From Diplonema japonicum (lineage: Eukaryota; Protista; Euglenozoa: Diplonemea): a stretch of 64,000 nt of DNA. The stretch is taken from the NCBI GenBank assembly GCA_964019335.1, contig OZ025704.1, positions 62,001-126,000 of the forward strand, in the 5' to 3' direction. The notes below the pieces were generated by a model that saw only the letters and a list, made by a program, of their open reading frames with translations, did not search any database and had not been told where the DNA came from. Below are positions 37,168 to 46,300 of the stretch, in pieces (within the stretch, counting starts at the first letter, position 1; the number at the start of each line of letters is the position of its first letter). The position numbers and the translations under genes are program-made.

Positions 37168-37597
37168 AGAATAACAAAAATATTGTACCAGCATCCATTT
37201 CTATTGAGGAAGAGGGAAATATATATTAAAAAAAAAAAAAAAAAAAAACGAAAAAAAAAGAAAAGTCGCTTCGCCAACTTGCTGCGTGATGCACCCACTT
37301 CACAACTCCCTTTCTCTTGTATTGCTCCCCTTCCTTCTCCGATCCATGCTCCTTCAACGAAGTTTCGCTAAAGGGGAAACCAGCCCCCCTCCCCAATCTT
37401 CTTCCTTTTCCTTTTATAAAAAGATGAAGAACCCCCCCAATAAATATACACGCTGACACTCAACCCTTTTGCTTCCTTCCTCTTGTTTTTTTTTTCCTTC
37501 CTTTTTTCTCTCTATTCCCCCCCCGTTCAATTCTCCAATCAAATAAAGGAGGGGGGCGGCGGCCAAAGAAAAAAAAAAAAAAAAAAAAGAGGAAAAA

Positions 37598-39112
37598 ATG
37601 ACAGACGTGGCGACACCGTATGTAACACCTTTGAAGGACAGCCAGAGGTCTGAGAGCAGGGCCTACAGCTACAGCAGGGTACAAGGCTCGCCAGGTGGTT
37701 CGAAAATAGGCCGGTATGACTACGTGACGCCCCCGCCCGCTACCGGGAGGAGACGGAGCAGGAGCAAAAGGAGGAGGAGCAGCAGAAGCAGAAGCAGAAG
37801 CAGGAGCAAAAACAAAGTCGCAAACACACAGTACCTACGCATCCCAGACGGATCATCAACCACTATTGAGGATGGCACCATAAGGGAGGTCATGAAGGCG
37901 GTGTACCGAGTCGAAAGCACCGCCGGGAAGGGAATCGAGAAGGACGTGACCTCCCTTGTGCGCTCGAAGGTATCACGCGGTGGGCTGAAAATCTCCGTCA
38001 ATTCAGACGAAATGGGCATAAAACACGACCCGTACAAACACGAACCCAAAGTCCTCGTCATCACTTACACACCTGTAAAGGGCGGTGTCAGCACGCAGCT
38101 TGCAAAACCTGTTGGCGACCGTTCGTCAGGAACACAGTTCATGAGGGTTCCTGAGCATTCTTCTGTGAACCTCCCACCGGGAACTATCTTGAATCTGGTC
38201 TCTGCGGAGTATCGTCTTGAAGGCGACGGGAAGATCGGGCTGCAAAAGGACGTGACGAGCATAGTCGGGTCGCGCATGCGGTACGGCGGGCTGTCCATGA
38301 CAGTGGACAACGCTACAATGGGCGTGAGCTCAGACCCCCACCCGCAGCGCGAGAAGATATTAGTGATAAACTACATCCCACGACCGGAGCCGGAGCTCGT
38401 CACGCTGGACATCAGGGAGGGCGACTGGCTCGAAATCCCGCTTCAAACCATCGCACAACTCCGCACTGCAGACTTCCAACTACCATACCACGAGGAGGCT
38501 GGGCATGGCTACGCTGTCGACGTTCTCTCTGCGATGCGCTCCATGCTAGTGAACGGTGGCGTGAAGGGGTTCCGCGTGACGAAGACTGCACTAGGGATCG
38601 ACTACGACCCTTTCGAACATTATGGGAAGATCCTCCGACTCCGCTACCTCCCTTACAGGCTCCCTGTGCGTCGCGACGCTGCTCGTGCGGACGTGGAAGG
38701 AACGTTGAGGGACGCTGAAAGGTTGCTATGCAAACCTTATAAGTGTCTTGACACCTGCAGAACAGGAAACCCCAAGGACAGAGTGATGGACATTGTTCTG
38801 CGCATCCTCAACGAAGTGCAAGGCGGTGGTGGGTGGGGTGAAGGGCATTTAAGGCAAGCCGAGAATCTCCTTCGTTCTGTCACCAACGAGCACGAGCACA
38901 CCCTCACACAGCGCCTCCTCACACTCGCCCGCTCGGGTTATGTATCCTCTGCGCCTGAAATGTTCAGGCAGCTTGAGAGCCCCCAACCCCCAACACAACC
39001 TGAATGGAAACAGAGCCCCCACCACCTCCTTGCTTCCGTCCCAGATCCTCCTCTGCACCCTTCCGCTGCTTACCACGTGGGCAACCCCTTGGGCCGTATC
39101 CAGTTCCCGTGA
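37598..39112 (+). CDS. Hypothetical protein with RS tract and three ~85-aa repeats (DVT..V....GG....DP....K.L.I.Y)
   Basis: 504-aa ORF; internal repeats visible; paralogue of 39827-41149. Confidence 0.85.
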   Translation: MTDVATPYVTPLKDSQRSESRAYSYSRVQGSPGGSKIGRYDYVTPPPATGRRRSRSKRRRSSRSRSRSRSKNKVANTQYLRIPDGSSTTIEDGTIREVMKAVYRVESTAGKGIEKDVTSLVRSKVSRGGLKISVNSDEMGIKHDPYKHEPKVLVITYTPVKGGVSTQLAKPVGDRSSGTQFMRVPEHSSVNLPPGTILNLVSAEYRLEGDGKIGLQKDVTSIVGSRMRYGGLSMTVDNATMGVSSDPHPQREKILVINYIPRPEPELVTLDIREGDWLEIPLQTIAQLRTADFQLPYHEEAGHGYAVDVLSAMRSMLVNGGVKGFRVTKTALGIDYDPFEHYGKILRLRYLPYRLPVRRDAARADVEGTLRDAERLLCKPYKCLDTCRTGNPKDRVMDIVLRILNEVQGGGGWGEGHLRQAENLLRSVTNEHEHTLTQRLLTLARSGYVSSAPEMFRQLESPQPPTQPEWKQSPHHLLASVPDPPLHPSAAYHVGNPLGRIQFP

Positions 39113-39321
39113 AATAGGCTGGATTATGTCTTTTTCTTATTAGGGAGGTGTGAAACAGGGGGAGGGGGGAAGCTGTATTTATTGTACCTGTATTTTTTTT
39201 TTTTGTTCAGTTTTTTTTTTCTTCTCTCTTTTTCCTTCTTCTTCCTTATTAGTTCCCTCTTTTCCTCTCTTCTTCCCCCCCCCCCCCCCCCTTATGAAGA
39301 AAAATAGCGTTGTTCTATTAA

Positions 39322-39699
39322 CCCTTATGCTACTAGGGGGGGGGGGGTAAAAGATTTTTGGATTTCCCCGATTAAACTTGGCAGGGCGAACAGGCAAAGG
39401 AGCCAAAGTCTTGAAGTTATTTTTTTTTGATTCGAGGTACGCATTTGAAAGATATTTGAAATCTGCGCTAACCAAGTTGATGTTATGACTGTTTCTCGGT
39501 CTCTTCAGGTGTAAGCACTGAAGGATCTTCTCGAAACGATTTTGTGCCATCTCTTGAAGGATTGGCATCTCCTCGAAGCGTGGAGCGACCAGTAGTCCTT
39601 TTTAGTTCCCTTACCTGTTCACCTTAAAAACCCCTCCCCCCCTCCCGAGATCCAGTTCTACATTAACTGCTTCTACAGAAGCAGTTGGTAGCATAAGGG
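39322..39699 (-). mobile_element. piggyBac-derived non-autonomous element (378 bp)
   Basis: TTAA|CCCTTATGCTAC ... GTAGCATAAGGG|TTAA; minus-strand remnant DYWS and MAQNRFEKILQCLH resembles piggyBac transposase motifs. Confidence 0.9.
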
Positions 39700-39826
39700 T
39701 TAAACGTAGTTTTAAAAAAAAATTTTTTTTGAAAAAAGAAGAAGGGGAGCGAAGAGTTCTAAAAGTATTCTGTTATTGTTGACTCCTTAATACATAATCA
39801 CCATTAGGCGGACCATTGTGAACACT

Positions 39827-41149
39827 ATGCCGACGGAGTACGTTCGTAGCAACAGGCCCCCGTACAGGGTGGGGACACCGCCTAGGGGGACGAGCAAGAG
39901 TCCTTCGAGGAGGCCACAGAGCACGACATACGCAAAGGTCAGCAGCGGTGTGGAGTACCCGTCTTACCACTACAGCCCATCGAAAACAAGGAGGAGCGGG
40001 AGTGGAGGACGGAGCAGGAGCAGAAGCAGAAGCAGAAGCAGAAGCAGGGGCAGGAGAGGGACCGTGAAGACACAAGCTGCATCACCAGCTTCAACTAAAA
40101 CAAAAGGGATGAACACGGAATATGTCCGAGTACCCGAGGGGGGCAGGCTCACTCTGCCTGAGGGGACCATCGTGGAGCTCATCAGTGCCGAGTACCGGCT
40201 TGAGGACAAGACACATCAAGGCGTGCAAAAAGACGTCCGCTCGGTGATCGCTGGCAAGATCCGCCGGGGGGGCATCGACCTCACCATCGATAACCCCAGC
40301 CTCTGCATCGACAGAGACCCCTACCCAGGCAGGCCAAAGGTCCTCGTCATCACGTACATACCTCGTGCCGACCTCGGCGTCGTGGAACTTAGTATCCCTG
40401 AGGGCGGTATGTTCCAGCTCGCTGAAGGCACTATTGAAAGCCTCCTCTCTGCAGAGTTCAAGCTCCCCTATGACGAAATGGCAGGGCACGGTTGGGCAGT
40501 CGACGTGTACGGCCCTGTCAATGAGCATGTCCGTGTTGGCGGCATCAAAGCTATGCTTGCGTCTAGAGAGGTGCTCAAGGTCCCATACGATCCATTCCCG
40601 GGCAGGCCTAAGATCCTTAAAGTGCAGTACATCCCCACGAGGAAAATGCAGCCGCAGTCGTGGGACCACGTGAACACGAAGACGGCATGGGCAGTGCGGG
40701 AAGTGGATGAGACACATAAACATTACGGGAGGGAACCGTACCACCCTGTGGGAAATAATTATTATAGAGGGGAGCACCCCCCAGGGGTGGTTGCATCACA
40801 GGGGGTTGATTCATACCATATTCAGCTGCTCGAAGCAGTCTTGCAGCTGCTGCGTGACGTTGAAAGGTACGGCGTGGCGTCAGACGGCAAGCTGCGAGAC
40901 GTGCAGAACCTGCTGCTGACCGTCAAGGCCGACAGGGAGAACAGGATCACCGCAGCAGCCCACCACCTCGCCGGCGTCGACCCCTACGCTTCCTTCTGGT
41001 CCTCCCCCCTCTCTGTCCTCATGCGCATGGGCTTCTCCGAACACGAAGCCTCCTCCGCCCTCAGCAACACCAACGGCTCCCTCCCCACTGCTCTTCAGTT
41101 CCTTGCCAACCAGCCCCACCGCTACCCCAACTACCACCACCGCTACTAG
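39827..41149 (+). CDS. Paralogue of 37598-39112 with RS tract, two ~85-aa repeats and a C-terminal UBA-like domain
   Basis: Shared TEYVRVPEG / AGHGWAVDV / YDPF..PKIL blocks; LMRMGFSEHEASSALSNTNGSLPTALQFL matches the UBA pattern. Confidence 0.85.
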   Translation: MPTEYVRSNRPPYRVGTPPRGTSKSPSRRPQSTTYAKVSSGVEYPSYHYSPSKTRRSGSGGRSRSRSRSRSRSRGRRGTVKTQAASPASTKTKGMNTEYVRVPEGGRLTLPEGTIVELISAEYRLEDKTHQGVQKDVRSVIAGKIRRGGIDLTIDNPSLCIDRDPYPGRPKVLVITYIPRADLGVVELSIPEGGMFQLAEGTIESLLSAEFKLPYDEMAGHGWAVDVYGPVNEHVRVGGIKAMLASREVLKVPYDPFPGRPKILKVQYIPTRKMQPQSWDHVNTKTAWAVREVDETHKHYGREPYHPVGNNYYRGEHPPGVVASQGVDSYHIQLLEAVLQLLRDVERYGVASDGKLRDVQNLLLTVKADRENRITAAAHHLAGVDPYASFWSSPLSVLMRMGFSEHEASSALSNTNGSLPTALQFLANQPHRYPNYHHRY

Positions 41150-41268
41150 CTACTAGTAAATTGTATTTGTACATTGTATTTACCCAGTTTGTTCCTTTCC
41201 TATAATCCCTTGTAAACGTTCTATTATTGACTGACTGGTCTGGTGGGCAACACAACACAGGTGGACAT

Positions 41269-42636
41269 ATGTCGAGGTATGGCAGGGATAGAAGGGATAG
41301 AGATTTAGACCGGAGAGATAATGACAGAGACAGAGATAGAGATAGAGATAGAGATAGGGACAGAGATAGGAACAGAGATAGGGACAGAGATAGAGATAGG
41401 GACAGAAATAGAAACAGACAGAGGGGGAGGAATGACAATAAAGAAGGTGAGCGGAGCCGAGACACATACAGGGGCCAGGAGAGACCCCACGTCGTGAGGA
41501 AGGAGACTTGCCCGTTGCTAGCTAGGGTGTTTGTGAAGGTGGAGAAGAGCACACGGTGCGTGCGGGAGCCGGACTTCTCGCACAGTTCGAAGATGATGCA
41601 CCGGTTGTTCAGAGCGGCGGAGTTCTTAGGAGTGGCCACTACTGCCGACAGGGATGAGATCCAGATGCACACCTGGAAGGATGCCACCCTGAGGGAGCTC
41701 CTGCGTGCTGTCATGAAGGTAGCACCAACAACCCACAACAACACACACAGGCCAGACCAGACCTTGACGACCCTAATAAGGTTAAGCACTTCCACTTTGG
41801 ATTCGTGCAGCCCTTCCGTGAGCCTAAGGCAGTTGTGAGATACATCGGTCAGGCGACGCCTTATGATGATGAGAGGTACAGCGTCTGCTCGTCTTTTAAT
41901 CGCACTCTGGTATGGATGGGTCACAGCTAGTGCCAGAGCCTGCCCTGTTGTGCCCTGACATAAAGCGAAGTTTTAGCTGACACAGCACATGCCAGAGCCT
42001 TCGCACCTACTTGTGGTGCACAAGGTGTAGTCTTAATGCAAGATACTTGTTCCTTTTGACTTTTCTTGAGAACGAGCACAGCACATGCCAGAGCCTTCGT
42101 GCGTAGCCTAATGGCACATAAGGTGTAGTCTTAATGCTAGATATGTACCAGGCTTTAACATACCATTCCTTTTTGCTACACAGCACATGCCAGAGCCTTC
42201 GCACCTACCTGTGGTGCACAAGGTGTAGTCTTAATGCAAGATACTTGTTCTTTTTGACAGCACATGCCAGAGCCTTCGTGCGTAGCCTAATGGCACATAA
42301 GGTGTAGTCTTAATGCTAGATATGTACGGGCTTTACCATAACACACTTCTTTTTGCTGACAGCACATGCCAGAGCCTTCGCACCTACCTGTGGTGCACAA
42401 GGTGTAGTCTTAATGCAAGATTTCTCAATCTTTTTCTTAACCGGCACCTTGTAATAGTGTACCTTAATACTTTCACACCACAGAGCATGCTGGGCGAGCT
42501 GAGGTACCACACGGGAGAACCAATCGTGATAGCCGTTGAGATGGAGGAGGAGATTAGGAAGTCTGAAGAGCCTGAAACAGTTGTCGATGCAAAGGCCAGT
42601 GCGCTGCTCGAGACGCCAACAAGAGTGAATAACTAA
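41269..42636 (+). CDS. SAP18: SAP18 with N-terminal Arg-Asp repeat; introns about 41556-41612, 41719-41750 and 41876(or 41910)-42485(or 42483)
   Basis: RKETCPLLARVF, EIQMHTWKDATLRELL, FHFGFV, and last exon SMLGELRYHTGEPIVIAV, matching the SAP18 layout. Confidence 0.85.
41283..41420 (+). repeat. (GAYAGR)n hexamer repeat encoding Arg-Asp dipeptides
   Basis: gacagagacagagatagagatagagat... in SAP18 exon 1. Confidence 0.9.
41983..42423 (+). ncRNA. Intronic array of five putative single-hairpin AGA-box (H/ACA-like) guide snoRNAs: 41983-42046, 42079-42144, 42181-42244, 42258-42323, 42360-42423
   Basis: 64-66 nt units: GCA/UGC basal stem, invariant internal loop, GCCUU/AAGGU stem, apical hairpin that differs between types but pairs in both, AGA 14 nt after the upper stem; U-rich spacers. 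Confidence 0.72.
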
Positions 42637-42705
42637 TAACTGAGTCGTAGTGTTTTGTCATGCCCCTCATTCCACTTGAACCATCATCACAGACTGATTT
42701 TAACT

Positions 42706-43134
42706 ATGCTTGTCAAATTGTTCATTCTTCTTGCGGCTGTTGCCCTTTGCAGGGCACAGCAGGATGCCTGTGAGGCCAAGTACTCCGCTGAGTCTACTTG
42801 CGATGCTGACGCTGCCTGCACCTGGTGCAAGTGTGGTGCCCTCCCCAGCCAGTGCTGGACTCTTGCCAATGCTGCCAAACTCCCCCCTGGTGTCTACATC
42901 TGCGACAAAAAGGAAGCCGTTGCTGAGGTGAAGAAGAACCTACCTGCCCCTGTGGCTGTGGGTGAGGACGCTTGTGAAGCCAAGTACTCCGCTGAATCTA
43001 CTTGCGATGCTGACGCCGCCTGCACCTGGTGCAAGTGTGGTGCCCTCCCCAGCCAGTGCTGGACTCTTGCCAATGCCGCCAAGCTTCCCCCTGGTGTCTA
43101 CATCTGTGACAAGAATGCTACTAAAGCCCTTTGA
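42706..43134 (+). CDS. Small secreted protein with two identical ~49-aa Cys-rich domains
   Basis: Signal peptide MLVKLFILLAAVALCRA; DACEAKYSAESTCDADAACTWCKCGALPSQCWTLANAAKLPPGVYICDK occurs twice. Confidence 0.88.
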   Translation: MLVKLFILLAAVALCRAQQDACEAKYSAESTCDADAACTWCKCGALPSQCWTLANAAKLPPGVYICDKKEAVAEVKKNLPAPVAVGEDACEAKYSAESTCDADAACTWCKCGALPSQCWTLANAAKLPPGVYICDKNATKAL

Positions 43135-43376
43135 ATATATTTGTGAAACCAGCGTGATGTGAATAGGGTTGAAAAATTCCCTACCCCGTGTTTCTTTTTA
43201 TTTCCTTTTCCTTTTTTCGTATGACTGTCCCCCTCCCCCGGACTTGTCAACTGGATTTGCCAACCCCCAGCTACTTGCGTGCCTTGAGTGACCAGTTTAC
43301 TTTTCACATCTTTCCGTATTATTTGCTACCCAATAACAGAACTGAGCACTGCAGGAAGGGGATATGAGGAACAGGA

Positions 43377-46300
43377 ATGGACGGCTATCGACTGATGCAC
43401 GTGGTAGCTGTGTGGGTGGCTCTGTTAGGACCGGGCGGCGTTATGTCGGTTACGCCGACGGTGACGCACACACTTAGCGAAACTGTTACGCTGAACTCTC
43501 TCAGTGAGAGTTTTACTGTTACATTGGACACTGGCAGTCTCACAGTGTCGCTGCCATCAGGCACGGTCACAAGCACCATGACAGGCAGCCTCACTTCTTC
43601 AGTAACATCTACCATGACACTTACATTACCCACGCAGAGCGCCTCACAAACAGAATCTTTCACAGCTACCAGCACAGTGTCGCTCCCAACTGCGACAGAG
43701 ACATTTACCCTCCATACTCTGACTGCATCTCAGTCAGCCACGCTCACAGATTCTATCACTGTTACCCTCCCCACTTCTTCGGGGACTGCATCTCTCACTT
43801 CCACACCTTCCGTCACTGTTACCATTCCCACACAGACGGCTACTTCTAGCTACACAGAAACGCACTCGCTAACTGTTTCACAGTCACCGCAGGTAGCAAA
43901 CATCACTGCTGTGTTTGGAAGCGCGATCACCGTTTCATCGGGGCAGGACGCGACTTTCTCTTTCGCCGTTACTTCGTCGATGGTGACGCGGGGTGAAGAG
44001 CACGTTCGGTTCCCTGTGTCGGACGTTGAAGCTGGAACTTTAGTGCGCTGGGCGTACAACGAGACCAGCGAGTACTATCTCTGTCCCTTGGAGAGCTCGC
44101 AAGTCAGTTACATTTGTCGATTTAATACTTCTTTCACGAGCAATACGCAAGTGTACTGGCTCAAGGTAGTCCCGTTGCAAAGCACTGCAGGGCCTTGGGG
44201 TGCTCAGTTCATTGTGGATGCTCGGTATGCTGCGGCAGCCACCGTGCTAACAGATGTTGATGTTCAAGCATACCTCACATTGGGTACACCTCATGTCTTC
44301 CCGTCTGGTACAGTTACAGCAGGAACGGCGGTTAGTGTGCATTACGAGGTGACATCGACGGCAACAACAACCACTGGCGGTACAATCACCTTTGATGCGT
44401 GGGCCGCTCAGGACTCCATTCTGTCTTTTGGGACAACGGAAAGCTCTACTGCTTCCACTTCTTGTACGGACAGCAACGGCACACTTATATGCACTGCTTC
44501 CACGCTCTTTACCTTCTCGTCTGAATCTTCTACCCATATTTGGTTTTTCTTCACTCCTGCAAATGACACAATTGGTCTGCTTAATGGCACTTTCACCTTC
44601 TCTAATACCTACTTCTCGACTGCTACATCAGTGCCATATATCTACGTCACTGGGGCTTTCTCTTTGCTAGATGTGGCCGCAGAAGTAACACCTTCAGCTC
44701 CACAACCGGTTTATCAACCTTTAAGAGCACACTTTAAAGTACACTTTACTGGAAATTTAGCTTCTTCTTTCACCATAACTGTTGCTACTTCCTACTTCCG
44801 TACTCGGCTCCGTCATAATAGCGTTGCTTCTGGATACGGTTCTACATTCTGTCGCACATCCGGCACTAATTACTTGTGTGAAATCACATCCTCTTCTGAA
44901 TCTGTCGACCCCTTCAGAGACCTCTACATCATGTTCGAGCCGGCAACTACTTTGCTAGGGCTTACTGACATACCTTTCCTTTTCACTGCTAACGGTTACA
45001 CATCAATTACCTTCACCTTGGAAATATTGGTTCTCGGCAAATTCAATCTTGAATCAAGCCGCGCGATCGCGGAGCCGGTGGTAGTCACACCTGGAAACCT
45101 TCTGGAGGCCTCGTTCGTGATGGCTGCGACAGCGGAAGCCACGGAAGACGAGGAAATACTGGTCTCCTTCAGCAACGGGCTGCGCCCGCACTCTCTGACG
45201 TGGGTGCACAACGCAACGGCTGCGAGGGCGAGCTGCGATCTTGGAGTGGACGGACGCTACGTCTGCAACGGGGACGGGAAGCTGCTTGCGGGGTCAAGCG
45301 GGACCGCCACGCAGACGATCAAGATCTACGCGGAAGGGGCGGAGATGCTCGGAAAGGCCGGCCCCGGCTACGTGGCAATAGAGGTGAGGGCGAGGCAGTT
45401 TGAGACGGCCTTTGCCTCGGCATCGGTTGCGGTTCTCGGCGACCTCACTTTTGTTGCAGACAGCTCGGAGGTTGTGGCCGACGCGGGAAGCGGAGCGGGC
45501 GCAACAGCGATTTTGCACTATCGCGTGAAGGGAACGGCACGCTCTGTCGGAGGAGAGGAAGTGCTGGTCCCGATGGGGACAGTGGACGACGGAGGGGAAG
45601 TGCGCTGGGGTCTGACCTCTGATGTGCACGCGGCGTCGATCTGCTACCGAAACGGGACGAGCGTCGCAGTGTGCGACCTCGACGGGGTGAAGTACTCGCC
45701 GCACCACGAAGCGAACGTGTACCTCTTCATAACACCAGAACACGCGGAAACAGACGGTGACACCTTGTGGGCCGGGTCAATAACCTTCCAAGCGGACTGG
45801 TTCCGCGCAGCCACGGACGCTCCGTCAGTCACCGTGCAAGGGGTGCTCGACGCAGAGGCTGTGGAGGCGGAAGCGTGGCCAACGGTGGCACGCCCAGGGG
45901 AATGGGTGCTGCTCTCCTACGAAGTGGGGGCAACCTCGATGACGGACGGCAGCGAGGCGGTTATACTATCTCCGTCCTCCGCGTTCTATACGGGAAGCGT
46001 GATGTTCAGCTTGAACGGGACAGGGACAACGGGCGGAAACCGCGAAGGATCCGACAGCGAGTGGACAACGTGCACCGGAGCTTTGGCCGCCTCGAGCACA
46101 GAAGTGGGGTGCGATCTCGCTTCGGCGGGGACAGTCTTCGGGGACCAAGCAAACGGCACAAGGCCGGTCTGGATCCGATTCCGCCCCGCTGTGGGACAAG
46201 GGGGCCACCTGAACCTTGCGGTCAAGTTTTTCGCCACGAACTTCACAAGCAGCGTACAATACCCGCAGGTCGGGGTCGCGGGGACGGTCACTGTTTCTGC

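Noticed and set aside
41983-42423. CRISPR-like repeat-spacer appearance
   Set aside because: Eukaryotic intron, no cas genes, and the 'spacers' recur (two alternating types) and form hairpins; fits guide snoRNAs better.
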